Assembly (NCBI GenBank): GCA_001599295.1
Contig: BCGN01000004.1
Location: 1,303,676 to 1,367,675 of the forward strand
Origin: Sporopachydermia quercuum
Taxonomy: Eukaryota
Direction: 5' to 3'
DNA: 64,000 nucleotides
The first letter of the stretch is position 1; every line of letters starts with the position of its first letter. Below are positions 23,186 through 36,588 of the stretch, one piece after another. The notes under the pieces are model-generated. The model did no database searches, was not told where the DNA came from, and saw nothing but the letters and a program-made list of their open reading frames with translations. The position numbers and the translations under genes were made by a program.

Positions 23186-25644
23186 TTTTTCAAGTGTGAA
23201 TTTATACTGTTATGCTGTTTCAACGCTGAATCTAATAACAGATATATTTTCTGTTGTTCTTATCAACTCTTCTCCCACTTCAAAGTAGGAGCATAAGGAT
23301 GGAGTACAATAATCACAACAAACTTTTCGATGTGTATAAAAGCAGGTAATGCAAAAATATTCAACAATTGGGAATATACTTTCTGATCTTCGTTATTCTT
23401 AGGTGCTGGTTGAGCAGCATTAATGATATATTTATTCAAAGAAAATCACTGTTATCTCCATGATAGATTTCCTCTTGTGATGTGGTAGGGTCTAGCCCTT
23501 CCTTGCAATAGGTAGATAAACAGTATGATGATCTTACAATAACCTCAGGTTGATCCAACGGTTTGTAGGATTTCAGCCTGAAACCAAGTCTCAACTTTCT
23601 TCTCTCTTCTTTGAACAACTTATTCCACATTCATCCGTATCGTTACAAGTATAATGACTTTCAGGAATAAGTGAGGAAGCTATTTCGTCCTTTCCTTGCT
23701 CTCTTCTGTAGTTAAGTTGTGTCTCATATCAGTATTCCTAAAACAGCAAAGATGGAGAGGTTTTAGTTTAGCGCGAGGTGTTTGGGTGCACACTAGTGAG
23801 ATTTCAATTGTCAGGTGGGGATTCTGTAGAGCGGAGAGGAAGGGTTTGATAAGATAAGAAGTGCTAATTGAGAAAAGTGCCAAACGATATTTGATATTTA
23901 GCAGAGGGAATTGAGGTATCGATTACATTAACTCTAACAAATGATTGTTTATTACAAGTTCAGATAGTAGTTCTGTCTAGTTCATGATTTATTGCTAAAG
24001 TAAACGAATGATAAGGAAGGAATTGGCTGGTTTTTATTGTGGAATTACTTCGTGATGACGATTATCTATCTAATCGGAAAAGACTTGTTATTGCTTCTAC
24101 AAGTTTTTATTAATAGTGGGATATCATAGCTAAACAGTTCAATCACAAAGTCAATCAATGAAAAAATTTATCTAAAGATTCGAATTCTAATAGCAGAATA
24201 CATGACTTATGGTATTTTTGACGATTAGCTTGGATCAATGAATTTTGCTGTATCAGTCGACCTTATCAGCGAATATGATGTGTTGGATAGGAAGTAAGTG
24301 ATATCATCACATGTAATAGTTGTCCCATTATAGATATATTGAATAAGATTCTGATGATAAGAAAATGGCTATAAAAATGGATACCCTAATATATAGATAA
24401 AGAAGAATTGGCATGATAAGGATGATATAACATGAGAAGCAGTTTTGATGCGGAGAGACTACAAGGAGTTGTCAAGTGAAGGATATATAGGTCAAATCAC
24501 GGTTTCACATCACATAGTGAAAATGAGACCACTGAAAATCGATGGTGCTAGAGAGAGTTCGGGGATGTGGTTATTAAAAATCTGAAGCCATTATTCTATT
24601 CTGCATAGAGAAAATGGAGATGTACAAAATAAGAAAACAGTATATTTGCTAGCTCACTTAACTTTATTGGTTGAAAATATAGAGAGAACTTCCTATGGAA
24701 CAAAGAAAATTAAATATCTTATGAACTCATTGCAGTTCTTTTTAATCTACTTTGAAGTAAACCTCTAGTCAAAAAAGATATCATGGTAAAAACACATCGT
24801 AAATGCTTAGAATAAAATTTACCAAAAAAATAACTATGAAGCCCAAGGTGAAGACATGTTTCGAAATCAACTATTTTCTTGCTGTAGTAATCTAAAACTA
24901 TGTTGATCCAAAATTTGTAGCAGATGCGATGTAGTTATGAAACACCAGTGTTCTGTTGACAGTAACTGACAGCCACCTGTTAATTGTTGGATTATTACTT
25001 TGTGTTAGTTTACTACCAGAGTGCATTAAAACACCCTAGAGATCGTTGTTTATCTCATGGTAACCATAAAACTCTCTAACAGGGGTATTTTCTACCTCAG
25101 TTGACGCTGATTGGTCCAAAAAATCGAACCAATAATATCATAGCAACCCAAAAACAAAGCTAAAAATAACTCAGAACACTGCCTTGTGGTATTCCACAAT
25201 AATCTAGACTATTTGTACTTCATATTCTTCGGTTTAGCATTTATATAAAACTTCTTGTAAAGAGAGATCTCAAACGAGGTAAAAATCATTTGAATATCAA
25301 CTTTCCTGAGCCTTCCAAAGAGGTTTAATCCTTTTGGTCAACCTTTTGAATGGTGGTGAGGTTTTGATCCTTCAAACTATTACTTGAATAGGGATTGATC
25401 GGTCAATTCACCGATACCCATTTTAGGAACCAAAGTTGAAAAAGCTGCATAAAGTTGCGTTTAATTACAGATATTTTTGAAGTTCAATTTCCATATCCGG
25501 GTTTTGTATGGACCCTGCTACCAAAACCCAATTGCTCTCTAGTCTATTATCGGTGGTTATCAGATAATAATTGATTCCAACAAAACAGACATTCCATTGA
25601 ATTCCAGGAGTCGTTGTTCATAGTTTTGTACTGTTGAGTAGAAA

Positions 25645-25652
25645 TATATAAA
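25645..25652 (+). promoter_or_regulatory. Candidate TATA box of INO1
   Basis: TATATAAA about 200 bp upstream of the INO1 ATG. Confidence 0.5.
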
Positions 25653-25848
25653 GCTGACGTTTTTCCCCTTCTTTGATTCCTAGAAAAATGTTCGTGTTGA
25701 AAAATGTGGATATGTTTTATTGCAATTCATTAGTCAGTATAAGCAAATCTTGTTCTGTAGTTGATTGCAAAAGAATACTTGGTTATATCACTGTATAAAA
25801 AAATAGGAAGCTGTACCACCTAATATCTAATAATCTAATCATATAACA

Positions 25849-27429
25849 ATGGCTCCAACTGCTGCTACTGCTTCTGGAGAAAACACTTTCTCTGGTAATA
25901 CTACTGTTGAAGTCTTAACTGACAAAGTCAAGGTTCAAGACAATACCTTATTATCAAGTTATACTTATGAGAGCTCTGTTGTCTCTAAGCAAGGTGGCAA
26001 GTATATTGTTCAACCTACCTTTACTGACTATGAATTCAAGCTCGACCTCCAAGTTCCTAAAGTTGGTCTTATGTTAGTTGGTCTTGGTGGTAACAATGGT
26101 ACTACTCTGACCTCTGCTGTTTATGCTAATAAGAACAAGATTAGCTTCCATAACAAACATGGTATTGTTGATCCAAACTATTTTGGTTCAGTAACTCAAG
26201 CTTCTACTTTAAAACTTGGTATTGATGAAGAAGGAAAAGATGTTTATGCTCCTTTCAATGAAGTTCTTCCATTTTTACATCCTAATGATTTCGTCATCAG
26301 TGGGTGGGATATCAGCTCTTTGAATCTTGGTGATGCTATGAAGAGAGCTCAGGTTTTAGAATATGATCTTCAACGTCAACTCTATGAACCATTATCTCAA
26401 ATCAAGCCTTTACCATCTATCTACTATCCAGATTTTATTGCTGCTAACCAAGGTGAACGAGCTGATAATGTTATTTCTGGTGATGACAAATGGGAACACG
26501 TATTACATATTCAAAAAGATATCAAGGAATTCAGGGAAAAGAATGGTCTTGATAAAGTTATTGTTTTATGGACTGCTAATACTGAAAGATATGCTGACAT
26601 TATTCCTGGTGTCAACGATACTGCTGATAACCTGCTTGCTTCTATTAAGAGCTCTCATGATGAAGTTTCTCCTTCAACCATCTTTGCTGTTGCTTGTATC
26701 TTGGAAGGCATTCCATATATCAATGGTTCTCCTCAAAATACTTTTGTTCCAGGTGCTATTGAGTTAGCTGAAAAGCATCAATCTTTCATTGGTGGAGATG
26801 ATTTCAAATCTGGACAAACTAAATTGAAGTCTGTTTTGGCTCAATTCTTAGTTGATGCTGGTATCAAACCGTTGTCTATTGCTTCCTACAATCATTTAGG
26901 TAACAATGATGGTTATAACTTGAGTGCTCCTAAGCAATTCAGATCAAAGGAAATTTCAAAACAATCTGTTGTTGATGATATGATTGAATCAAATCAAATT
27001 TTGTATAACGACAAAAAGGGGAAAACTGTCGATCACTGTATTGTTATCAAATACGTTCCTGCCGTTGGTGACGACAAGGTTGCTATGGATGAATACCATT
27101 CAGAATTAATGCTTGGTGGACATAACACTATATCTATCCACAATGTCTGTGAAGATTCTCTATTAGCCACACCTCTTATTATTGATTTAGTTGTTATGAC
27201 TGAATTTCTATCTAGAGTTTCTTACAGAAAGAAGGGTGAGGAAAAGTTTGAACAGCTGCATTCGGTTCTTTCTTTCTTATCATACTGGTTGAAAGCTCCA
27301 TTGACACGTCCTGGTTTTGATCCTGTCAATGGCCTCAATAAGCAAAGAACCGCTTTAGAGAACTTCATTCGTTTATTGGTTGGACTTGGTCCTCAAAATG
27401 AATTGAAATTCGAGGAGAGACTTGTCTAA
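25849..27429 (+). CDS. INO1: Inositol-3-phosphate synthase
   Basis: [45 protein letters not shown] and CEDSLLATP. Codon usage is strongly biased. Confidence 0.97.
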   Translation: MAPTAATASGENTFSGNTTVEVLTDKVKVQDNTLLSSYTYESSVVSKQGGKYIVQPTFTDYEFKLDLQVPKVGLMLVGLGGNNGTTLTSAVYANKNKISFHNKHGIVDPNYFGSVTQASTLKLGIDEEGKDVYAPFNEVLPFLHPNDFVISGWDISSLNLGDAMKRAQVLEYDLQRQLYEPLSQIKPLPSIYYPDFIAANQGERADNVISGDDKWEHVLHIQKDIKEFREKNGLDKVIVLWTANTERYADIIPGVNDTADNLLASIKSSHDEVSPSTIFAVACILEGIPYINGSPQNTFVPGAIELAEKHQSFIGGDDFKSGQTKLKSVLAQFLVDAGIKPLSIASYNHLGNNDGYNLSAPKQFRSKEISKQSVVDDMIESNQILYNDKKGKTVDHCIVIKYVPAVGDDKVAMDEYHSELMLGGHNTISIHNVCEDSLLATPLIIDLVVMTEFLSRVSYRKKGEEKFEQLHSVLSFLSYWLKAPLTRPGFDPVNGLNKQRTALENFIRLLVGLGPQNELKFEERLV

Positions 27430-28321
27430 GTCTAACTTACTAATTTACATATCACTGGCTGGGTTTTTCTTTAGTTCAATAGAAATGTGTATTTAATTTA
27501 ATGAACAGAATAGAGTTAATTATGAAATATGAACCAGGATTAAAGTTGTAGTACCTAATTCTAGCTTAATTCTCATCTGCAGCTAACTTAAAATCAAACT
27601 CAATTTTTAACCGTACTTTATTTTAATAGGAATAACAATAGGTTACATTTACAGTCTGGTCGAGTGTGATTTTCTTAGCATGACAGAAGTACATATTGTA
27701 ATTTATTGTAATTAGTAGTATTTGCTAGTTAGATTTTGAATTCTTTTATAAGAAGCAGAGTGATTATTTCTGTAGAAAGATAAGCGCTTTAGATATCTAA
27801 TAATATCCTTTGAATTGTTCATTCTCATCTGTTGCTACTTCTAATTACAGTACATAAACTTTATCTTATTTTTATCCAAAACGGTAATCTCAATTGAACT
27901 TTAATTCCAAGGAAATTACAGTACAACAATCAATCAAGCATGCACAATTATGGCGGACGAAAATCAATCAATAGATCCACTTGTCTTTTTATTCTGTTCT
28001 GCTGAAATCATCTATATCGAATTTATTATTCTTTCATCGCAGCTTATGCCAAGTATCAATGCTCCAAATAGTGAAATCAATGTATTACCAGAACAATTTC
28101 CAATTTACTCAGACACTTTATTTAGAAGTGCTTGAATATCTCATTCCTCTTTATCTTTTCTTTTCTTAACTTTTCTTTAATGAGCTCTCGCTAATCTCGC
28201 TATACTGATTATATTAATTGTCATACAGTAAATAAACAAAGAATCCAACCAGCATAACTTGTTTCAATCATCCAAAAACCAAAGGTTAGAATCTTCATTA
28301 AGTCAACTTTCAGTATTCACA

Positions 28322-30319
28322 ATGCGCTTTTCAACACTATTCTCGATTTGTAAGAATTCCAGTGAATCTTCTCCAAATGCTTCTCCCTCTATAGAAACAG
28401 ACAACCGTAACAATTTACAAGAAATTACTATCTTCGAGCCTCAACCCCCATCTCAACATGAACTGCCAACTCCTCTTTCTCTAGTTGAAACTAGCCTGTC
28501 AGTTAGTACCAGTACTCCTGCTCAACAGGATCATAGAGTAACAATGAATAACAAATCAGTCGAAGTAACTATCAACAATAGTCCTGGTTCAACATATGCC
28601 ACTACACCTGTTGGCCCAAATATTAATTCAAAAGAAGGGAATAAAGAGAATAAAACAGTAAGATTCAGTTTAAACAACACTTCTATCGAGTACGAACCGT
28701 TTGACGTTTATAACAATTTCCCTCCTGATTATGAATCTCAAACATTCGATTCCCCGGTCAGACAACAAAATGAAGTTCAGAAAATTTTAACCAAAAGGCA
28801 GTTGCAAATGATTGCAATCGGAGGTTCTATCGGAACAGGTCTGTTTGTTGGAACTGGAAGTGCTCTTCATATTGGAGGTCCTGCTTCACTATTAATTGGG
28901 TGGCTTTTNATTGGCTCTATGATGTTTTGCACTGTTCATGCTCTTGGCGAACTTGCTGTCACTTTTCCATTGAATGGTGCTTTTTCCGTCTATTCTTCCA
29001 GGTTCATTGATGAGTCTTGGGGCTTTGCAATGGGTTGGAACTATGCAATACAATGGTTAGTATCCTTACCGACTGAGCTTGTTGCTTGCACTTTAGTGAT
29101 CCATCATTGGAACGAATTACAAATAATACATCCGGCATTTTGGATTACATTGTTTTATTTTATTATTGTTTCAATTAGTGTGGTTGGTGTTCAAGCATAC
29201 GCTGAAGCAGAATTCGTATTTGCCTGTTTCAAAATCATTACAATTGTTGTATTCGTTATCCTTGGAATTGTTATCGCTGCCGGCGGAATTCCATCAACTG
29301 GTTATGTTACACCAAAATATTGGATTGATCCCGGTTGTTTTGCGAATGGGTTCAAAGGTTTTGTTTCTGTTCTAGTGATTGCAGCTTTTTCATTTTCTGG
29401 TACTGAGATGTGTGGCTTAGCAGCAGCAGAAGCCAAAGATCCAAGGAGATCAATTCCTAGTGCAACAAAACAAGTTTTTTGGAGAATCTTCTTGTTTTAT
29501 ATCTCAACCTTGATTATCATTGGTTTATTGATTCCTTATAATGATGAGAGATTGTTAACGGTTGGCGGAGGCTTCTCTACTTCTTCGTCACCATTTGTTA
29601 TTGCAATTGAAAATGCTTCAATTCCAGTTTTACCACATTTAATTAATGGTGTTATTCTATTAGCAATTTTATCAGTTGGTATTTCAGCTGTTTACGGTTG
29701 TTCAAGAACCTTGCTAGCTCTTTCTGAACAGAATCAAGCCCCTAAATTTCTTTCTATCATTGATAATAAGGGAAGACCAATTTGGGCAACTATTGTTTGC
29801 TGTTCTTCAGGAACGCTGGCATATCTTTCTTGTTTGCCTGGTGGTTCGGAAATCCTTACTTGGTTAATGGCAATTGGTGGTTTATCGTCACTGGTTACTT
29901 GGGGTTCAATCTGTTTGAGTCATATTAGATTCAGAAGAGGATTAGCTGCTAATGGACGAGGAACAGATGAATTAGCTTTTACATCTCAAGTTGGAGTCAT
30001 TGGTTCCTATTATGGATTGGTCTGCAATCTGCTTGTTCTTATCGCCCAATTTTGGGTTGCTGTTAGCCCTGTTTTTGGTTCAAGTTCTGTTGTATCTTTC
30101 TTCAAGATATACCTAGCTGTTCCTGTTATTTTAGTGTTTTTCTTTGCTCATAAGTTTTATTTTGGTGCCAAAGGTTGGTATATCCGATCTCCTGACATGG
30201 ATATTGATACTGGAAGAAGGGAGACCAATCTAGAAGTTTTACGTCAAGAGATCCGAGCCTATAACGAGGAAATGAGGGCAAAGCCTTGGTATGTCAGACT
30301 ATATCACTTAGTGTTTTGA
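28322..30319 (+). CDS. Yeast amino-acid permease (YAT/APC family), GAP1-like
   Basis: [42 protein letters not shown], many TM segments and DIDTGRRE. First ATG is at 28322 (the ORF track starts at TTG 28259). Confidence 0.92.
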   Translation: MRFSTLFSICKNSSESSPNASPSIETDNRNNLQEITIFEPQPPSQHELPTPLSLVETSLSVSTSTPAQQDHRVTMNNKSVEVTINNSPGSTYATTPVGPNINSKEGNKENKTVRFSLNNTSIEYEPFDVYNNFPPDYESQTFDSPVRQQNEVQKILTKRQLQMIAIGGSIGTGLFVGTGSALHIGGPASLLIGWLXIGSMMFCTVHALGELAVTFPLNGAFSVYSSRFIDESWGFAMGWNYAIQWLVSLPTELVACTLVIHHWNELQIIHPAFWITLFYFIIVSISVVGVQAYAEAEFVFACFKIITIVVFVILGIVIAAGGIPSTGYVTPKYWIDPGCFANGFKGFVSVLVIAAFSFSGTEMCGLAAAEAKDPRRSIPSATKQVFWRIFLFYISTLIIIGLLIPYNDERLLTVGGGFSTSSSPFVIAIENASIPVLPHLINGVILLAILSVGISAVYGCSRTLLALSEQNQAPKFLSIIDNKGRPIWATIVCCSSGTLAYLSCLPGGSEILTWLMAIGGLSSLVTWGSICLSHIRFRRGLAANGRGTDELAFTSQVGVIGSYYGLVCNLLVLIAQFWVAVSPVFGSSSVVSFFKIYLAVPVILVFFFAHKFYFGAKGWYIRSPDMDIDTGRRETNLEVLRQEIRAYNEEMRAKPWYVRLYHLVF

Positions 30320-31733
30320 GCTTGCAAAAGTAACTTTCAGACCCAAGGTAGTGTGTATTATAGAGAACTCCCTTATCTCTTAAATAAATATGATAGCTGA
30401 CCTAGAGAGCACTGAAAATATAGAACAATAGATAATGATCAATACTACAAACCACTCATATAGTAAGACTAAATAAACCTAGTTCAGATTCTAGCTAGAC
30501 TAAATACAACTCTAATTCCCAATATGATTTCAATCCAAATCTTAATCAAATCTCATTTATACCCCCCTCAAAGACAGAATTCTCTTTGTTTCACACCCAT
30601 TCGCCTCCTCTATGGTAAACTTGGCCACTGTTGTATTGTGTGGTTGTTTCGTATTCGAGTTGAGGATGGGCATTAATGCTGTAATTATACTTGATAGGGA
30701 TAGCGATGTTGCTATATCTGTCATAAAAACCAATCTTCAGTATTTTCCTTCTTTTCCTTCCTGCAGTTTCTGTTGAATTTTTTATGAATTGNTGCACTTT
30801 CTATCCGTTATAGTAATTCTCACTTACACTGTTTGTCATAGTGAGTTTGTATGGTGGTTACCCCATATAAACACGAACAGGAACACCAACCCCAGTACCA
30901 AAGTTGAATCATTCATTCAGTTTGATGCTTACATTTCTACATTATATAACAGTTAATACATTATAATATGATTATTTTGCATTACTACATATTTCTATTT
31001 CTCATAGTTATCTTGTAAATTAAATCCTCCATTTAGTTAAGACCAAAAGCAATTCAATTTATCCTACCATTCTAAAGTTTCTTTATAGTACCTTTTTCCT
31101 CTTCTTGCACACTGTCTCTTTTTTCGTTGGACTTTTGACTGCCAACAACCAGTTTCTCTCTTACTTGAACTTCTGTTATAGAGGACGAAACTAGCGGCAA
31201 GGGTCATTTTAATGAAGAAAGGACATCAGTTATTTAATTGTACATTTAAAGATAAAAGGTCTGTTTAACTGATAGTTTATATATGTTCACAACTAGCAGG
31301 TAGAATTAATCGAAGTGAACGGAGAGTGAAACCGAAGAGAAGGATTCATCAAATCAGGTAGTTAGATAGAAGTCTTCAGACAGAAAGAAAAAAAAGGAAA
31401 TAATAGAACTGGATAGTTTGTCGAAGTGCTGTTATTGTGTGATTGAGACTGTTCATTCGATCTGCTTGCTACGGTTTGGAATTGTCAAGTGCATCAATCA
31501 ACTAAGGGTCAAATTGGAATAAGGACCTTGAAATTGACATTGACTATTTCTATCTTTCATTTGATTTCTGTTTTTTTAGGCAGAATCAAAGGAATCTATT
31601 AATTGAATACGAAAGCGAAAAATTAAAAAGTTTCTACTGAGCTTTATTTGTGCTTACTGTTTCTCATATTCAAGCTAATATTCACATAACTGCGGCTATC
31701 TGTATTACATATAGTGCACATTCAATATATGCA

Positions 31734-34211
31734 ATGTCACAGGCACACTCACAACTACATCACGCGGATTCAGCCCACAAAGAGGTTTCATCGTCAGTAG
31801 ATATACCGGTGAATAACCCTATTGCTATGTTTCTATCACGAGAGAAAGAAAAAGCCGCTGCAGCTGCTACTGCTTCCAACATTCTTGAGAATGAAAATGA
31901 GAATGCAAAATATACAGCAAACGTATCTTCAGTAGCCGAACAAAGTAGTCATTCTGAACCTACAGAAGAAAGCTCCAATATTGTTTCTACCACAACTGAC
32001 GATACTGATGAAGAGGAAAACGAAGAAGAAAACTCTTTGACATCTAATGATGCAAGGGATGTGTTAGCAGAAATACCNCATGGAGAAGAAAGAGTTGTGT
32101 ATACAGAGGACGACCTTCTGGCATTAAGGAGATCACCTTTAATTGAGGTTCCTAACATTCCAATAAATTGGAGATCAGCAGCCAGAAAACCAAATATTCC
32201 TAAGTATATTCAAGCAAAAGTCAATCAAAGCAATAGTAGTAATACCAATAGCAACAGCAGTAGTTATCACAACAAAAATGAACCCTGGAGTCAACCAAAG
32301 TCAGTTGGTGATACTGGAACTATGGGAAATTTCTCTATTCCAGCAAAGAAAAGTCTCTATAAAACTGGGAGACAAAACGGTGGAAACTCCATGTTTGTTT
32401 CCAGAGCTAACGATGGTGATCGTTCTAATAACAGAAATAAAGACCGCGACCGAAGAGGTGGGAAAAATTCGTATAACAGCAGTAATAACAATGAAGATTA
32501 TGCCCACCCAGAATGGATGGAATCTATTGAACCAAAGGGAAAACCACAAGGAAATTACACTGCTCGAGATTTTGAAGAATGGCGTGCTAAAATGCGTGAA
32601 GAAGATTTGAGACGTTCAGGGGTGGCTATTCCTGAAAATCCTTCTCATCAAGAACAGGTGAAACCATCATCAACATCAACACAAGTGCCTACAGAACAGC
32701 TTAAGCCAGTCAGCAAACCCAAACCTGAAGAGACCCATGTAAATGCTAACGAACAAATTGATCAACTGTTTGGTGCCTGGGGTTCCAATACATCTAAAAC
32801 AGCTTCCGACACAGGTAGCAATTCTGGTACTGCTTCGCGATTCAGTAGGTTTTTCGGTTCTGATTCTCCTCAGAATTCTCATATTTCTATTAATAAAGAG
32901 GAGCATTCTAAAATACTTCCTACTGTTAAACCCATACTACAACAGCCACAGCAGCAGCAGTCACCGATACAATCTGTACCTTCTTCAGGACCACCTATGG
33001 AAGGGGGAGTTAGTGTTGCTGACCCGGCTGATAGAGCAGCTTTCAGCAAGATCTTGTCAAAATTAGGAGCGCCAGAGGCTGCTGTTGGTAATGCGAATCA
33101 ACAGAAAGCAGACAGTCCGGTAGAACAAGGAATTGCCAAACCCATGAATCAAACAGGAAGCCAGCAGCAAGTTCAGCAACAGCGTCAATTACCACCAATA
33201 GGATATCCTCCTAACCCACAACAACATCAGCAGCACCAACAGCCACAGTTTCCCCCTCATTTGTCTCCATATGCTGGAAATATGCCGATGGGTCAAATAC
33301 CTCGACCTCAACATAACCCCATGATTATGGGAGGACCTATTCCTGGAGGAATGCAAATGCCAACCCAAGCTCCGATAGGACCAAATGGAATGATGATGCC
33401 TCCGCCGCCAGGTTCTTCTAATCGTAATGATTCATTCTTCATGAGTCTCCTTTCAAAGGGTCGTCCTGATGGCCAAGACACTATGAATGGTCTTACACCT
33501 GGGTCATCACAGTCCCATCAACCTCAGCAGCAACAGCAACATCTTCAGGGTCAGAATCAACACCAGAAACCTGGTATGGGTCCTGGTGATAATCAGCAGC
33601 TGTATAACATGCAAGGAAGTATCCCTCAAGGACCTTTGGGAGGAATTCCACCATTCATGGGTCCTGGCCCAGGACCTAATGGTATTCAGCCAGGTTTCAT
33701 TCCAGGAATGCCTTACCGTCCTGGCCACGGTAGACCTAATGGTCCCGGTGGCCCCGGTGGTCCTGGTGGTCCTGGTCCGAATGTACCCAATGGACCTAAT
33801 AATGCTTTCGGACATAATGCTCCAGGTGGATCCAATAGCAATGCCCCACTACCAAGAGGCAATGGACAAAATCCCAATTTGATGATGAACTTCCCTCAGT
33901 ATATGGGTATACCTCCTCCTTATGACAGCCAAATGAGGAATCTACCTCCTAACATGCTACCTCCTGGTATAATGATGAATATGGTTAACCCCAATGGTCC
34001 TAATGGTCCTAATGGTCCTGGACCAATCCCAAGATACAACATGCAAGGCAGTCCTATTGGAAGTAACAGTAACAACAACGCTGATAACCCCATTCTTAAT
34101 AGTAACACTGCTGGATTGAAAGGCCAATTGAATAATAATCACTTGGTTGATCGACACTCTCAACAACCTTTAGCAAACCAACCACAACAACCAGCCGCTT
34201 TGACGGAATAG
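31734..34211 (+). CDS. eIF4E-associated protein, Eap1/4E-T-like, with a Q/P/G/N-rich low-complexity C-terminus
   Basis: YxxxxL-phi motif YTEDDLL (32100-32120), PEWM, FEEWRAKMR, SRFSRFF and FFMSLL motifs. First ATG is at 31734. Confidence 0.7.
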   Translation: MSQAHSQLHHADSAHKEVSSSVDIPVNNPIAMFLSREKEKAAAAATASNILENENENAKYTANVSSVAEQSSHSEPTEESSNIVSTTTDDTDEEENEEENSLTSNDARDVLAEIXHGEERVVYTEDDLLALRRSPLIEVPNIPINWRSAARKPNIPKYIQAKVNQSNSSNTNSNSSSYHNKNEPWSQPKSVGDTGTMGNFSIPAKKSLYKTGRQNGGNSMFVSRANDGDRSNNRNKDRDRRGGKNSYNSSNNNEDYAHPEWMESIEPKGKPQGNYTARDFEEWRAKMREEDLRRSGVAIPENPSHQEQVKPSSTSTQVPTEQLKPVSKPKPEETHVNANEQIDQLFGAWGSNTSKTASDTGSNSGTASRFSRFFGSDSPQNSHISINKEEHSKILPTVKPILQQPQQQQSPIQSVPSSGPPMEGGVSVADPADRAAFSKILSKLGAPEAAVGNANQQKADSPVEQGIAKPMNQTGSQQQVQQQRQLPPIGYPPNPQQHQQHQQPQFPPHLSPYAGNMPMGQIPRPQHNPMIMGGPIPGGMQMPTQAPIGPNGMMMPPPPGSSNRNDSFFMSLLSKGRPDGQDTMNGLTPGSSQSHQPQQQQQHLQGQNQHQKPGMGPGDNQQLYNMQGSIPQGPLGGIPPFMGPGPGPNGIQPGFIPGMPYRPGHGRPNGPGGPGGPGGPGPNVPNGPNNAFGHNAPGGSNSNAPLPRGNGQNPNLMMNFPQYMGIPPPYDSQMRNLPPNMLPPGIMMNMVNPNGPNGPNGPGPIPRYNMQGSPIGSNSNNNADNPILNSNTAGLKGQLNNNHLVDRHSQQPLANQPQQPAALTE
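33740..33779 (+). repeat. Coding GPG tripeptide repeat (GGTCCY GGT) in the EAP1-like gene
   Basis: ggtcccggtggccccggtggtcctggtggtcctggtccg encodes GPGGPGGPGGPGP; a GPN repeat follows near 33993-34020. Confidence 0.7.
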
Positions 34212-34837
34212 ACCAAGCGTTTCTTATGTTCCTAGCGTATTGTCAGATTTGAACTAGAATATATGGCTCGTATGTTTTGGCTGTATCGAATGGTTATTTT
34301 ATTATGAGTTCTATCACGTGCTATCTATTGATAGATTGACATGTATGTTATTATAGTAGTCACCATTCTAAACAGAAAATGAATGCAAACTGCTTAGCAA
34401 AATGCTTTATTTCAGTACTGGGAAATTAATTGCCAATTATATTTCTACGGCCTTATCTACTTTGATACCTCGTAATGTTTAGACGAAAGTAAACTGNTTA
34501 CTAGTAGATTGATTGATGGAGTTTGTGTTTATATAGTTTCCGAAAGTTTTTGGTAGTTAATTCTGATATTCTCAGTTTGCATTTAAAGTTCTGGTATTGA
34601 AAATTAAGCGAAACCTTATTTATATATTTTCCGTAATTTGAATCATTACCTGTTTCGGAAACCACTTTTTTCTACCATAATTCTGAAAGGTATAGTTGTA
34701 CTCAATTATTTATATCCGTTATACACCACATTTGATTAGTATAAATACGGTGACTTCTTCGAGAAACCATAGACCGTCAGTATCTTGGAAAGTACAAATA
34801 TTTATTGTACCGCCATAACTGTGACAACAGTGCAATA

Positions 34838-36400
34838 ATGTTCAAGCCAAAAGTGAACTCTTTCTTATGGCTGTTAGTGTTGCTACTAGGACTTATCACT
34901 GCAAATTACTTATCAGCAAAGGATCTTCGTTTATACTGGCAACAACTGGATCCTATCAATAACCTTTTAAGTAATCATAATAATGATCAACAATTTATAA
35001 TTGTTATAGACGCTGGATCCACAGGTTCCAGGGTCCACGTGTACCATTTCTCTGACATATCAACTAGTGCTCAATTAGTATCTGAAGCATTCAATCAGAC
35101 TAGACCTGGTTTATCATATTATGGAGAACAGGAATCATTAGAAACCTACGATAAAGCTGCAGCAGAGTCTTTGAAATCTATCTTAGATTTTGCTCTGCAC
35201 AGTATTCCTCGAGCAATGCATAACGAATCCATAGTGTTAATGAAAGCAACAGCAGGTCTTCGATTACTAGGACAGGAGAAAAGTGACAAGATAATATCTG
35301 CAGTTCGAAGGTTCATTAGTGAAAACTATCCTTTTAAAATTCCAATTGATAGTACATTTCGATCACATGCAGTTGAGGTAATGGATGGTAAGGAAGAAGG
35401 TGTAAATGCATGGATAACTGTTAATTACTTACTGAATAGACTAAACCGTAGTCAGCAGCAGCAAGAACTAGAACAAGATGGTTATTGGAATAACGACTCT
35501 TCATCAACAGTGGCTGTGATTGATCTAGGAGGTGCATCTGCTCAAATTGTATTTGAACCATCTTTCCCAAATGAAAATAAAGACTATCATGTCAGTTTGT
35601 TAGATGAACATGACCATAGTTACTATTTCCAGTTTCAAAATAAGGAACATATTTTGTATCAACATTCACATCTAGGATTTGGCCTTATGGAAGCAAGAAA
35701 GAAATTTCATAGATTACGTCTGAACAGATTTATAACTACTGAAGGCTTCGAATATGTCAGATCATCAATCTTATCAAATGAACCTCTTGAGGTAGAAAAT
35801 CCTTGTATTGGTAATGGATTATCCCGTATAGTGAGTATACCAATTATCGATGATCATGGAAATTCTTTACAATTTCCTGTGAGAATGTATGGTAGTAATG
35901 AATCTTCAATCGGTAATTGTATGGATTTGGCTGTTATGGTGGTAAACAAGTATCAGGAATGTCCTACGGACACTTGTAGCTTTGATGGTATTCATCAGCC
36001 ACCATTAGCTGATTCTTTCAATAACAATATCTACCTGGTATCATATTTTTATCATAGAACATTTCCTTTAGGGTTACCTTCAAACATTACATTGGTAGAT
36101 CTTGAAAACACAGGCGATAAGGTATGTAAAGGGAAAGAGCATTGGGAAGAACTTGATATAAAGATTGAGAATAGAAATGAAGTATTCAAAGAGTTAGAAG
36201 GAAGACCAGAATGGTGTCTGGACCTAACATATATGATTTCGCTGTTACAAGGATTCGGAATTGGTAGAGATCAAGTTATAAAAGTTGCTGATCGTATTAA
36301 TAATACGGAGGTTAGTTGGACGTTGGGTGCTGCGTTGCCTTTGATAGGCCACAAAGGTGAGTTTTGGGACGATGGTAATAGTTTGAAGAGGTTGGAATAA
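34838..36400 (+). CDS. GDA1: Golgi guanosine diphosphatase (GDA1/CD39 apyrase family)
   Basis: N-terminal TM plus apyrase conserved regions DAGSTGSR, KATAGLRLL, MDGKEEG, DLGGASAQ and WTLGA; LYQHSHLGFGL. First ATG is at 34838. Confidence 0.88.
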   Translation: MFKPKVNSFLWLLVLLLGLITANYLSAKDLRLYWQQLDPINNLLSNHNNDQQFIIVIDAGSTGSRVHVYHFSDISTSAQLVSEAFNQTRPGLSYYGEQESLETYDKAAAESLKSILDFALHSIPRAMHNESIVLMKATAGLRLLGQEKSDKIISAVRRFISENYPFKIPIDSTFRSHAVEVMDGKEEGVNAWITVNYLLNRLNRSQQQQELEQDGYWNNDSSSTVAVIDLGGASAQIVFEPSFPNENKDYHVSLLDEHDHSYYFQFQNKEHILYQHSHLGFGLMEARKKFHRLRLNRFITTEGFEYVRSSILSNEPLEVENPCIGNGLSRIVSIPIIDDHGNSLQFPVRMYGSNESSIGNCMDLAVMVVNKYQECPTDTCSFDGIHQPPLADSFNNNIYLVSYFYHRTFPLGLPSNITLVDLENTGDKVCKGKEHWEELDIKIENRNEVFKELEGRPEWCLDLTYMISLLQGFGIGRDQVIKVADRINNTEVSWTLGAALPLIGHKGEFWDDGNSLKRLE

Positions 36401-36588
36401 AGAAAGAGAACAGGATAATAGCTAGATGTATAGAAAGTATTGGTAAATAGATATAGAATATCAATATTATTATTGTAAGTCATATGGATGTTTGTTCTTA
36501 CTATCATACAAAATGTACCGTCCATATGCTATTCATTATAGGTGACACCCCTTACACTACAAACGTTCATCTTTCTTTATTCATTTAA

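Noticed and set aside
23524..23581. Second C/D-like arrangement (ATGATGA...CTGA)
   Set aside because: No recognisable guide or internal D'/C' boxes.
23186..25848. Canonical ICRE/UAS-INO in the INO1 promoter
   Set aside because: Only partial matches (ATCACATG at 24306, TTTCACATC near 24503), both more than 1.3 kb upstream.
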